Of a stretch of 64,000 bases of DNA, positions 36,664 to 49,178 are shown in pieces. This DNA comes from Mobula hypostoma (Eukaryota): NCBI RefSeq assembly GCF_963921235.1, contig NC_086097.1, positions 161,636,001-161,700,000 on the forward strand. Direction: 5' to 3'. Position 1 is the stretch's first letter; the number at the start of each line of letters is the position of its first letter. The notes under the pieces are model-generated. The model worked only from the letters and a program-made list of their open reading frames with translations. It was not told where the DNA came from and made no database searches. Both the position numbers and the translations under genes were made by a program.

Positions 36664-39545
36664 TAGAAACATAGAAACATAGAAAATAGGTGCAGGAGTA
36701 GGCCATTCGGCCCTTCGAGCCTGCACCGCCATTTATTATGATCATGGCTGATCATCCAACTCAGAACCCAGCCTTCCCTCCATACCCCCTGACCCCTGTA
36801 GCCACAAGGGCCATATCTAACTTCCTTTTAAACATAGCTAATGAACTGGCCTCAACAGTTTGCTGTGGCAGAGAATTCCACAGATTCACCACTCTCTGTG
36901 TGAAGAAGTTTTTCCTAACCTCGGTCCTAAAAGGCTTCCCCTCTATCCTCAAACTGTGACCCCTCGTTCTAGACCTCCCCAACATCGGGAACAATCTTCC
37001 TGCATCTAGCCTGTCCAATCCCTTTAGGATCTTATACGTTTCAATCAGATCCCCCCTCAATCTTCTAAATTCCAACGAGTACAAGCCCAGTTCATCCAGT
37101 CTTTCTTCATATGAAAGACCTGCCATCCCAGGAATCAATCTGGTGAACCTTCTTTGTACTCCCTCTATGGCAAAGATGTCTTTCCTCAGATTAGGGGACC
37201 AAAACTGCACACAATACTCCAGGTGTGGTCTCACCAAGGCCTTGTACAACTGCAGTAGTACCTCCCTGCTCCTGTACTCGAATCCTCTCGCTATAAATGC
37301 CAGCATACCGTTCGCCTTTTTCACCGCCTGCTGTACCTGCATGCCCACTTTCAATGACTGGTGTATAATGACACCCAGGTCTCGTTGCACCTCCCCTTTT
37401 CCTAATCGGCCACCATTCAGATAATAATCTGTTTTCCTATTTTTGCCACCAAAGTGGATAACTTCACATTTATCCACATTAAATTGCATCTGCCATGAGT
37501 TTGCCCACTCACCCAACCTATCCAAGTCACCCTGCATCCTCTTAGCATCCTCCTCACTGCTAACACTGCCACCCAGCTTCATGTCATCCGCAAACTTGGA
37601 GATGCTGCATTTAATTCCCTCATCCAAGTCATTAATATATATTGTAAACAACTGGGGTCCCAGCACTGAGCCTTGCGGTACCCCACTAGTCACTGCCTGC
37701 CATTCTGAAAAGGTCCCGTTTATTCCCACTCTTTGCTTCCTGTCTGCTAACCAATTCTCCACCCACACCAATACCTTACCCCCAATACCGTGTGCTTTAA
37801 GTTTGCACACTAATCTCCTATGTGGGACCTTGTCAAAAGCCTTTTGAAAATCCAAATATACCACATCCACTGGTTCTCCCCTATCCACTCTACTAGTTAC
37901 ATCCTCAAAAAATTCTATGAGATTCGTCAGACATGATTTTCCTTTCACAAATCCATGCTGACTTTGTCCGATCATTTCACCGCTTTCCAAATGTGCTGTT
38001 ATCACATCCTTGATAACTGACTCCAGCAGTTTCCCCACCACCGACGTTAGGCTAACCGGCCTATAATTCCCCGGTTTCTCTCTCCCTCCTTTTTTAAAAA
38101 GTGGGGTTACATTAGCCACCCTCCAATCCTCAGGAACTAGTCCAGAATCTAACGAGTTTTGAAAAATTATCACTAATGCATCCACTATTTCTTGGGCCAC
38201 TTCCTTAAGCACTCTGGGATGCAGACCATCTGGCCCTGGGGATTTATCTGCCTTCAATCCCTTCAATTTACCTAACACCACTTCCCTACTAACATGTATT
38301 TCGCTCAGTTCCTCCATCTCACTGGACCCTCTGTCCCTTACTATTTCTGGAAGATTATTTATGTCCTCCTTAGTGAAGACAGAACCAAAGTAATTATTCA
38401 ATTGGTCTGCCATGTCCTTGCTCCCCATAATCAATTCACCTGTTTCTGTTTGCAGGGGACCTACATTTGTCTTTATCAGTCTTTTCCTTTTTACATATCT
38501 ATAAAAGCTTTTACAGTCCGTTTTTATGTTCTCTGCCAGTTTTCTCTCATAATCTTTTTTCCCCTTCCTAATTAAGCCCTTTGTCCTCCTCTGCTGAACT
38601 CTGAATTTCTCCCAGTCCTCAGGTGAGCCACTTTCTCTGGCTAATTTGTATGCTACTTCTTTGGAATTGATACTATCCCTAATTTCTCTTGTCAGCCACG
38701 GGTGCACTACCTTCCTTGATTTATTCTTTTGCCAAACTGGGATGAACAATTGTTGTAGTTCATCCATGCAACCTTTAAATGCCTGCCATTGCATATCCAC
38801 CGTCAATCCTTGAAGTGTCATTTGCCAGTCTATCTTAGCTAATTCATGTCTCATACCTTCAAAGTTACCCCTCTTTAAGTTCAGAACCTTTGTTTCTGAA
38901 TTAACTACGTCACTCTCCATGTTAATGAAGAATTCCACCATATTATGGTCACTCTTACCCAAGGGGCCTCTCACGACAAGATCGCTAATTAACCCTTCCT
39001 CATTGCTCAAAACCCAGTCCAGAATAGCCTGCTCTCTAGTCGGTTCCTCGACATGTTGGTTCAAAAAACCATCCCGCATACATTCCAAGAAATCCTCTTC
39101 CTCAGCACCTTTACCAATTTGGTTCACCCAGTCTACATGTAGATTGAAGTCACCCATTATAACTGCTGTTCCTTTATTGCACACATTTCTAATTTCCTGT
39201 TTAATACCATCTCCGACCTCACTACTACTGTTAGGTGGCCTGTACACAACTCCCACCAGCGTCTTCTGCCCCTTAGTGTTACGCAGCTCTACCCATATCG
39301 ATTCCACATCTTCCCGGCTTATGTCCTTCCTTTCTATTGCGTTAATCTCTTTTTTAACCAACAACGCCACCCCACCTCCCCTTCCTTCGTGTCTATCCCT
39401 CCTGAATATTGAATATCCCTGAACGTTGAGCTCCCATCCCTGGTCACCCTGGAGCCATGTCTCTGTGATCCCAACTATATCATAATCATTAATGATCCCA
39501 ACTGTGATCCCTCTGTGATCCCAACTATATCATAATCATTAATGA
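36664..39545 (-). mobile_element. Young 5'-truncated CR1 LINE
   Basis: Uninterrupted ORF2 frame and intact (TTTCTATG)n tail. Confidence 0.96.
36761..39370 (-). CDS. CR1 ORF2 open frame (partial APE + complete RT), 869 aa, N-terminally truncated
   Basis: [39 protein letters not shown] and FADD with no stops. The native start is lost, so expression is doubtful. Confidence 0.7.
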   Translation of the reverse strand: MALLVKKEINAIERKDISREDVESIWVELRNTKGQKTLVGVVYRPPNSSSEVGDGIKQEIRNVCNKGTAVIMGDFNLHVDWVNQIGKGAEEEDFLECMRDGFLNQHVEEPTREQAILDWVLSNEEGLISDLVVRGPLGKSDHNMVEFFINMESDVVNSETKVLNLKRGNFEGMRHELAKIDWQMTLQGLTVDMQWQAFKGCMDELQQLFIPVWQKNKSRKVVHPWLTREIRDSINSKEVAYKLARESGSPEDWEKFRVQQRRTKGLIRKGKKDYERKLAENIKTDCKSFYRYVKRKRLIKTNVGPLQTETGELIMGSKDMADQLNNYFGSVFTKEDINNLPEIVRDRGSSEMEELSEIHVSREVVLGKLKGLKADKSPGPDGLHPRVLKEVAQEIVDALVIIFQNSLDSGLVPEDWRVANVTPLFKKGGREKPGNYRPVSLTSVVGKLLESVIKDVITAHLESGEMIGQSQHGFVKGKSCLTNLIEFFEDVTSRVDRGEPVDVVYLDFQKAFDKVPHRRLVCKLKAHGIGGKVLVWVENWLADRKQRVGINGTFSEWQAVTSGVPQGSVLGPQLFTIYINDLDEGIKCSISKFADDMKLGGSVSSEEDAKRMQGDLDRLGEWANSWQMQFNVDKCEVIHFGGKNRKTDYYLNGGRLGKGEVQRDLGVIIHQSLKVGMQVQQAVKKANGMLAFIARGFEYRSREVLLQLYKALVRPHLEYCVQFWSPNLRKDIFAIEGVQRRFTRLIPGMAGLSYEERLDELGLYSLEFRRLRGDLIETYKILKGLDRLDAGRLFPMLGRSRTRGHSLRIEGKPFRTEVRKNFFTQRVVNLWNSLPQQTVEASSLAMFKRKLDMALVATGVRGYGGKAGF

Positions 39546-39619
39546 TTATGCACAACCTTACTCAGAAATTCCCTTACTGTTGGTTGAATCAATGGTATGA
39601 GACTTTCCTGATTTAGCAA

Positions 39620-40783
39620 TAGAAACATAGAAACATAGAAAATAGGTGCAGGAGTAGGCCATTCGGCCCTTCGAGCCTGCACCACCATTTATTATCATGG
39701 CTGATCATCCAACTCAGAACCCCGCCCCAGCCTTCCCTCCATACCCCCTGACCCCTGTAGCCACAAGAGCCATATCTAACTCCCTCTTAAACATAGCCAA
39801 TGAACTGGCCTCAACAGTTTGCTGTGGCAGAAAATTCCACAGATTCACCACTCTCTGTGTGAAGAAGTTTTTCCTAATCTCGGTCCTAAAAGGCTTCCCC
39901 TCTATCCTCAAACTGTGACCCCTCATTCTGGACCTCCCCAACATCGGGAACAATCTTCCTGCATCTAGCCTGTCCAATCTCTTTAGGATCTTATACGTTT
40001 CAATCAGATCCCCCCTCAATCTTCTAAATTCCAACGAGTACAAGCCCAGTTCATCCAGTCTTTCTTCATATGAAAGTCCTGCCATCCCAGGAATCAATCT
40101 GGTGAACCTTCTTTGTACTCCTTCTATGGCAAAGATGTCTTTCCTCAGATTAGGGGACCAAAACTGCACACAATACTCCAGGTGTGGTCTCACCAAGGCC
40201 TTGTACAACTGCAGTAGTACCTCCCTGCTCCTGTACTCGAATCCTCTCGCTATAAATGCCAGCATACCATTCGCCTTTTTCACCGCCTGCTGTACCTGTA
40301 TGCCCACTTTCAATGACTGGTGTATAATGACACCCAGGTATCGTTGCACCTCCCCTTTTCCTAATCGGCCACCATTCAGATAATAATCTGTTTTCCTATT
40401 TTTGCCACCAAAGTGGCTAACTTCACATTTATCCACATTAAATTGCATCTGCCATGAGTTTGCCCACTCACCCAACCTATCCAAGTCACCCTGCATCCTC
40501 TTAGCATCCTCCTCACTGCTAACACTGCCACCCAGCTTTGTGTCATCCGCAAACTTGGAGATGCTGCATTTAATTCCCTCATCCAAGTCATTAATATATA
40601 TTGTAAACAACTGGGGTCCCAGCACTGAGCCTTGCGGTACCCCACTAGTCACCGCCTGCCATTCTGAAAAGGTCCCGTTTATTGCCACTCTTTGCTTCCT
40701 GTCTGCTAACCAATTCTCCACCCACACCAATACCTTACCCCCAATACCGTGTGCTTATAAGTTTGCACACTAATCTCCTGTGT
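39620..40783 (-). mobile_element. Young 5'-truncated CR1 LINE, sister of 36664-39545
   Basis: 338-aa open RT C-terminal frame with shared diagnostic residues (DIFAIEG, YEERLDEL, LPQQTVE). Confidence 0.95.
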
Positions 40784-42030
40784 AACGTTAGCTATGTAAC
40801 GTTGTATGAAGCATACAAACCATCACTGTTTTGTTGTGAAGTGTTGGTAAACATGTTTTGAAGTGTTTTAGTTTAAGTTTCCATGAAGTGGGTGAAAATA
40901 AGCTAAGGTTTTGTTTTGTTTATCAGAGTGTTTGGCTTATCAAATGTTCAGGAGCCTGGATGGTTTCTTTGCCTCATTTGAAAAAAAAGTTCTTCGCACA
41001 GACAGAGTGGCTGTTGTTGGTTGCTTGGTGCCAGTATAAATCCATATTTGAGATACTCCACACTATACTGCCTACTCTACATTTTTGTTTGGTCTGCCTC
41101 TGCCATTGCCATTATGGATTAACGACCACAGTCAATCACCTATTATTTAAGTCCATCGTCAAGGACTGCGTTCAATAAAAGGGAAAGTAAAGACATCATC
41201 ATAGCTCAAGCAAAACCTGACACTGCTTGAAGGTACATAAAGTGAGACAACAATATCTCGGTTGGGCCATGGGCAAGAGAAATGCGGTCAAGATCATTTG
41301 CAAGGGCAGATTCTGAACTTTGCCCCATTGAACACCATATACTGACTCACAGGCATTGCACTACAGTGTGACTAGAGTTTGGTAATAATACTAGCTAACA
41401 CTGTACAACAGTGATCGGCAATAATGTGTTGGCTGGACCTGGAAATAAATTAAATTCTTCAGTCCGGACCCTCCATGATATGCCAAATACAGAAGAGTCG
41501 CATTGCATTTCAATAACTATAATGTGCTTTGAGTAAAGTCTGAGAGAATGGTGGGTAAACAAGAGATGAGGTGATTACGTGATCATTGTAATCCGTTATG
41601 AGGCACTGAGATTCAAATGCTTTTAATAAGTAATTTATTTTTTAAATTAAGCCTGTAATCCCTCAGCTGCCCCTTTTGCTACCAAGTGCCACCCAACACC
41701 CCCTTTATCCTTATGGCCCCCTTAGAAATTCCCACCAACCCCAGTGGGGCAATATTGCCCATGTTGGGAACCCATGATAGAGGAATCACTTGTATTAGCA
41801 AACACAAGTGACCTACAGTGCCATTTAAGACTAAAATCTGTTATACCAGTTTGTATGTATAGAATATTTCAAGAAAAGTTTTCCTGCAGGTATAACTTGA
41901 GTGGTAGAAATATGACAGTTCTTTATTACTGAGAAGATCTGAGATTCATGTAGGCAGGAATATTGATGTAGTGGAAAGATTTCAAGATGACAAGGAAGTG
42001 TAATGAAAAATTCCTGGCACTCAAAATCAT

Positions 42031-42290
42031 AACACAGTTAGTTCTACACCTGATACCACAGTTAGTTCTATACCTGATATCACAGTCAGTTCTATACCCG
42101 ATTCCACAGTTAGTTCTATACCTGATACTACAGTTAGTTCTATATCTGATACCACAGTTACTTCTATACCTGATACCACAGTTAGTTCTATACCTGATAC
42201 CACAGTTAGTTCTATACCTGATACCACAGTTAGTTCTATACCTGATACCACAGTTAGTTCTATACCTGATACCACAGGTAGTTCTATACC
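42031..42290. repeat. 24-bp minisatellite, ~11 copies (cctgataccacagttagttctata)
   Basis: Direct inspection; the right-hand copies are perfect. Confidence 0.97.
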
Positions 42291-42937
42291 CACCACTGCT
42301 CCTTGAGGTTACTTTCCTCTTCCAGGACATATCTCGTTGCAGTTCTTCCCAACAATCCTTGGAGAGTTGTAACACCATTTCATTGCAGAGTTATACAAAC
42401 ACCTATGATACTGCATCAACATTTCAATAATGTGTTTAATAATTAATCGTTCCAAGAGCAGTTCATTAAAACTTCCCTATGTCAGTACCCTGCAGCACCA
42501 ACATACTATAAAATCAGTTTAAAGGCGGTTCTGGGGGCTATATGGTATGAGGCTAGCATTGCAACAGCTCCAAAACTTTGCAGGAAAGTAGAAAAGAGAC
42601 TTATATGATTTTAACAATAACCTTGACACTTACCTATTTTTATCAAAGCAACAAATAGAACTGACTTTTTGCCCTCTATATTTAATCTGGAAATAGCCAA
42701 AATCTGTTAAATTATATAATGTAGTTTATATTAGGAAGCACTAAACTTCTTGAATCTGTAACAAAGTACTGAAGAGTTTTTTTTTAAATAGCTGAAAGAA
42801 TTCCTTTAACTTGACAGAAAGCAATTTGAATCTTTTGAATGCTTTGGCTGTACCAGAAATTTTAGATTTTTAAAAATAGAATTATCAATTTAGTTCCAAT
42901 TGAGCATTTATGAATATCCTATGTCCATATAAATTCA

Positions 42938-43448
42938 AATGGGTGTATGTTCATGGTCTTCTGCTACTGTAGTTCATTCACTTCAAGGTTCACCACATTG
43001 TGCATTCAGAGATGCTCTTTTGCACACCAATGTGATAACCTCTGTCTATTTGAGTTATTGTCGCCCTTCTGTCTGCATGAACCAGGCTGGCCATTCTCCT
43101 CTGACCTTTCTCATTAACGAGGCATTCATGCCCACATACCGATCACTCACTGAGTGTTCTTTATTTTTTAAAACCATACCCCAAACTCTAGAGAATGTTG
43201 TGTGTGAAAATCCCAGCAGATCACCAGTTTCTGAGTCAATCAAACCACCCTATCTAGCACCAACAATCATTCCACAATCAAAGACACTTAGATCACATTT
43301 CTTCCCCATTGTTTGGTCTGAACAACTACCGAACCTCTGGATCATGTATGGATGCTTTTATGCATTGAGTTTCTGCAACATGATTGGCTGATTAGATACT
43401 TGCATTAATGGGCAGGTGTAGAGGTGACCAGCTGACCACCGAGTGCAA
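42938..43448 (-). mobile_element. Tc1-like transposon remnant
   Basis: SETGDLLGFSHTTFSRV (Tc1 N-terminal HTH); homologous to 57603-58096. Confidence 0.8.
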
Positions 43449-46261
43449 GTCCACCACTTCACCAGTACTATGAATAAGACCTCAGGTAATAATAGTTTAT
43501 GTTTTGAAATTGTTTACCCAAATTAAAATTTTAAGGAAAGAGGCAAAAAAATCTAAAGATAAATTTATATTAGAGCAAGTATTGATAGGGACTGATTTTT
43601 TAATCTATCCACTAACACAGTATATCACAAGTTGTACTGCTTCACTCACCAGAGAGCAATTTCTTTGTTGGAAACATAATTGTATCTATAAGTAGCAGAA
43701 GGTCTTAGTTTGAACAAAAAAAACAGTGCTTGCCACAGATTGAGTTTTAAAGTGCAATTAAGAATCTGGAGAACTCTAAGTACAACAATTTGTAACTTAT
43801 CTTTTACACTTGAGAAATTTTGCATATTTAGCTGACTGTACGATCCTTGGTCTCAGGTCACAGGCACAAACATCAATTGCATATGTATGATTCTAAGAAG
43901 GGGAGCAGTTCATTCTGTCAGCTTTTCAAATCTAGGAATATATTTTTCAACACAATGTACATTTACTCCTCGTCTACCCTGCTGGGCCCTTTTGGAGAAC
44001 CTGTGGGCTCAGATGATGTTCTTTCTGTTAAAAATAAAAGGCTGCTGCGTAAGAAAAAAAAACTCCATCTCACATAGCAACTTGAATTATGCATCACAAA
44101 TCTGAAACATATGTTCCCATAATGCTTCAGAACTCAATACATTTAACTTTCTGCTTGATGAAGAGACCATCTCCAAGTCATCAAGGTCTTAATCATGTTG
44201 TGGACCAGGTCAAGCAAAATCCCTGATATTTCCCCCACTATACATCTGTAACCCTCTCTCACTGTAGGCTTGTAAAGAGTTAGCTAGCACTGTGAATGCA
44301 AACTAACGGTAACATAACTACAATGCATGGTGAATGACGATGGCCATTTCCAATAAACAAACATGTCTAGGGTAAATATGATCTGGATAAACACGAAACG
44401 TAAAAGATTGAATGTTCTTTTAAGGGAAATTAGGACTGTTACTTGTATGAATACTGACACATCCTGTAATTTAATACACACCAGTATAAGCTTAGATTAA
44501 AAGTTGTATTGACAAAATATTTTAAACTATAACAAACTTAATAAAGAACAAAGCCCAATACACATATTAATTAGCCAATAATGAGCTCATTGTTGCATAA
44601 TCAATCCAGTTTGCTTCACTTCATTTACTCACGGTACCGAACAATTCTGCCTGAAAACAAAGTCCAAGCGAAACAGAAATAAATATCTACGCAACATCCA
44701 AGGGCAAAGTATCAAACTTTCTCCGAAGTCATGTGATAACTAGCTAATTAAAAGTTATCTGTACATTCTCCGTGAGACCATTGTCTGCATGAGGATCTTC
44801 TGACAGCAGTATCTGTCCTTCCAAATGAGTTCAGTGAGCATTCCACCATGTTCTTCACACATATTTGGCATCTATCTCCATTTTTATCATCTCTCTCTCC
44901 TTCCTCCAGCTCTTTCCCGAAAATAGCTATCCCACTCCCACTGGAATGTTCTGGGGCATCTTATTGAACAGAATGTTAACCAGACAAATCCTGTTGGCTA
45001 TTACAACACATCTAATATAGTCAAGTGAATTATTATTTTAAACAGCAAAAAAATGAAATATTCAATTGTACAATGTAATTAAAGGAGCACATTGCATTTT
45101 GAGAAAGTCCACAGAAAATAAAATACCCAACAACATAACTGTATTAATAAAATAAGAATGGTCTTAAACTAGGGGTACTACACAGATATTGACCATTTCC
45201 AGATAGTCATTGATCAAAATTTAGGAGTCAGAACAATAACTAAGTTCAAGTTCAAATATAAAGCAAAGTACAGTATTTTCAAAGAATAATATTATTTATT
45301 AATCACATTACATGCATTGAGATGTACACAGATGTGAACTCACTAACTAAAAACAGGAACTGGCTTTGATTAGTCTTTTGTCTACAACATACTGAAATAT
45401 TTTTGGATAGACTTCTTAACAACAGATAATAATGTTCAGCAGTATTTTTCTTGTAATTTTATTCTGAAATCATTTTAATTAGTATGGATAAAGAATATTG
45501 GAGCAAAGAAATTTTAGAACATTTGTCAGCCGAAGTGCTGAAGTACCTAAATAGAAGCCCACATACAGTTATATACATTTTACAAAATGCTTCTATTGTA
45601 ATAAAACTGAGCCATGTATAATAGAATATATGGAACTATTCAAAGCCAATGATTTATATTTTATATAGGAAGATGAAGAGGGTTCCAGAATCCAAAGATA
45701 CTAATAAAAAAAACTGTCATAACAATGTAATGTAATGAACATATATCAATATCCTTCAAAATATATAGCGTATTAATAAATAGAAATCTCATCTTATTAT
45801 AGATAAACAGACATGCTGCAGATAAATCTAATATTGACTGGATGGGTGTATATGATCTAAATAAATAATAAAGGGATGAAAAGGAAATACATTAAATGAT
45901 ATATCTTCCATGGATAAAGAAATGGAGATTAAATTTAAATTAGAATTAAAAAGGTAAATATAATCATGTAGTCCAAACTGGATAAATGAAAATGCGGTGC
46001 AAAGACACAAGCCCTCTACATAAATGATTCAATCCAATCAATAATCAGGACTGCCTTGCTCTGGCCCACACCAGAAAGATAACTGAACCTATCTATCTCA
46101 ACTGGTAACCCAGCAATTTGTCTCCCTCATAACCTGGAGAGATCCTCATGCATGAACTTGCTCTGCTTAAAGAGTAAGCATTTGAGATTTTTCCAATTTG
46201 CCTACCAGCCTAAAAACAAAATGCAAGTGTATTGATACACATACAGATCATATTGTTCTGA

Positions 46262-47457
46262 ACTGGACCTAGAGATGGCGCCAGTGAACCACAGTGACAT
46301 TTTGTTGGCTCAGTACAGTACAAAACTTCTAAATAAACCTCCTTTGAATTACTCTCATGGCAATCTGTACCCTTTACAGTAATGTAGTTCACTTTTAAAT
46401 TGACTTACTGAACTACAAAGTTCACGATCTCCTGAAGGTACATTTTGTTGAAGACACGGTTTCAGCTGGGACTGCTGAGGGCGAGCGACAACTAGCAGTT
46501 AACAAAATATGAAGTGCAGTTAGATACTTATTAATAACACTTTTTCTGTCAAAAAGAAGTCACGGTAAACAATCACTGCAAACAATGACGAGGTGAATGA
46601 AGGCAAGGCTGAGTTGAGGGTTGAACTGCATGCGTGTGAAGCAAAGTCTGAGGTCAAGGCATGTTCAAGGTGGAGTCAGGGCAAGTGGAGTGGAGGAGAG
46701 GCAGATTCAGGGCCTGTCCACCTAAACTGGGAGCAAGGTTTGATTGATCTAAGCACCAGGCCAATTTGGAAAGATCGGGTATGGGCCGATCCACGTGGTG
46801 GCAGGATCCATGCCCACAGCGTATCGGTGTGACAGGACCTAGATCTGAGAGTGAGGAATGACCCGATGTTTAGACAATTTAAACGCCAGGCCAGAACCAG
46901 ATGCAAGGGTTAAGCCAGTTCTGCTCGCTGCTCTGCAATGATTCACTACACTGAGGCTGTGGGCCTGCTCCAGGTGCTCTGGGCTTCATGTTTCTGGACT
47001 CAGCGACTTTTACCCCATATGTGCTGAACTGAGGCTAAGCCTGCGGGCCTGCTCCGGCTGCTCTGGGCTTCATGTCTGTGGATTCATTTATGTTCTCAAT
47101 GTTATTTGCTTACTTTTATTGCTTGCACGATTTTTGTTCTCTCCCTGCACATTGGGTGTTTGTCAGTCTCTTTTTTATGTGTTCTTCTGGGTTTCTTGGT
47201 CTGTGGCCACCTGTAAGGAAACAAATCTAAAGGTTGTATAATGTATTCGTACTTTGATAATAAATGTATTTTGAACTTTTGAACTTTTCTTTTGCATACT
47301 GGTTGAAAGCCCAAGTTGTTAGAGTCTTTCATTGATTTTAATTTTGGTTATTATTCTATTATGGATTTATTGAGCATGCCCGCAAGAAAATGAATCTCGG
47401 GGTTGTAAATGGTGTCATATATGTATTTTAATAATAAATTTACTTTGAACTTTGAAT
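46262..47457 (+). mobile_element. Unclassified non-autonomous retroposon with two (tttgaac)n-type tails
   Basis: Starts agatggcgcc; internal duplications; AATAAA plus tttgaactttgaa tails near 47280 and 47450. Confidence 0.45.
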
Positions 47458-49178
47458 GACTGATACAGTCTTTTATCAAAATATTGCAGAAGTCTGGAGA
47501 AACTTTTTAATCCAGTGCTTTCAGAGATGTTTACAAATTTAGAGTGTTCAGCAGGGTCCTGGCCAGAAACATCAACTGTACTCTTTTTTTTCCCTAGAAG
47601 CTGCCTGGCCTGCTGAATTCCTCCAGCATTTTGTGTGCATTCCCACCTTTTACATCTGGATGACTACCAGTATCCACATGACTCAGCAGTGAAGAATAAA
47701 GGAATACACCCATTACAGTTTACTTTGGATGGTTTCCTGCCAGGATGACAGAATCACACCCTGAGAGAATCTGTTTTACATCACTGTACTTATGGATATT
47801 CTTAAAATAGCAAACAGTTTTGACGAAATCCCTGATTTGTTAGCTTTTGGATTGATCCTATAACATCCAAAACTTGTCCCTTTAGTCAGTATCTTTAATC
47901 TTAAGTGATTCAATAATGGACAACCATTTTTTCACATCATTGAAAGAACATCCTAAATCTGTAATAATCTCTGAGGGCACTGGATTAAAAAGTTCCTCTA
48001 GACTTCTGCAATATTTTGATAAAATACTATATCAATCATACATGGTTTATTTAAACTCAGCAACTTAGGCTTAGCCCTTTTGCCTGCAACACTATCATCT
48101 TTCACTTTTGTATATGGTTGTATTTCTCTGTTCTTTGCCCTCTCCCAGGAGCTCAATCATTTCCATCTGTTCAATGTTTAGATTAAGTGAATTAAATCAC
48201 TAGTATTCCTCCAACTCACAACATCCCCTGGTTGATATCATTTCTCTTTTATCTTACTTAATTATGTGCCTTGTGATATCCTCAAACAGCAATATCCTAT
48301 CCTGTTTGCCAAGGGAATGTCCTTATATTATTTTGTATTGATGTTTATAAACAAGGCAAGGAACTAGTCCTTCATTGAAGGCAAACAAAATTCAATTAAA
48401 AGTGATGAATTGTGCAATATCATATCAAACTACATTATAGATAAAGTTCTCAAAGCTTTATATACAATCAATATGTACTATAAATTCCAATCTAATACTC
48501 TTTGGAAATAAATTATTGAAACTACTTTCATCACTAACAATGAATTTCAGATCATAGCTGCTCTCCACATGAAAAAAACAACTTTTTCTCCTGTTTTCCT
48601 TCATGCCAACAACTTTATATCTCTGTCCAAAAGTAGATTCTGAAAATCTGAAATAAAACATTGGAAATACTGGGCAGATCAAGCAGTATCTGTTGAAATA
48701 TTAAGTGTTAATGTTTCAGGTCAGAAATGAAACAAGTATTGAGTTGCTGAGAAAGGAGAAGGGCCACAGAGTACAAAATAGGATAGAGACCAGGAGATAT
48801 TGAAAGGCATAATTTATAGTGGTGTTGGTTGAACAGAGTGGTAAAGATATGTAGATTGTGTAATCAGGTGGAGACAAATGAAATCTGAATAACCAAAAAA
48901 GGAGGTTAAAAAAACATTGGGTGCTGGGAATGCAACTTAATAACTGAAATAACTGTCTGAAAATGTTAAATTCATTATTGAATCCTTGAGGCTGCAGTGA
49001 GTCATCAGACTCCAGAAAATTCAGAGTAGAAATGGCTGATGAATTAAAGAGATAGATAACTGGAAGCTTAGGGTCACCCCAGTGAACTTCCCAGAGCTGT
49101 AAACTTAGTGCAGAGGGCAGCATATCTTGAGCACCAAAAGCAGTAAACTGAATTGGAAGAAGTAGAAATGAATCATTG

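Larger units (their letters stand above)
28928..41112 (-). pseudogene. Buster/Charlie-type transposase pseudogene in five pieces (40810-41112, 39545-39620, 36104-36663, 33305-33785, 28928-29231)
   Basis: RQYSVEYLKYGFI...CL.C...FSNEA.KPSRL (BED finger); IAKSGK.HTI; QELLFARRLE; LLLHTEVR; IPDWIINPF; IAFPTSYLVEHGSSAVT...GDLRLLLSDIQPD...HQTYPSH*. Confidence 0.9.
25340..41776 (-). mobile_element. hAT Charlie/Buster DNA transposon, fragmented by nested insertions
   Basis: TIRs cagtggttcccaaac (25340) and gttgggaacccatg (41763-41776); transposase pieces lie in correct order on the minus strand. Confidence 0.85.

Noticed and set aside
41926..42430. GIRYRTNC, LVLYLIPQ and VVSGIELT repeat ORFs; CRISPR-like array
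   Set aside because: Products of a stop-poor 24-bp minisatellite; there are no unique spacers and the DNA is eukaryotic.
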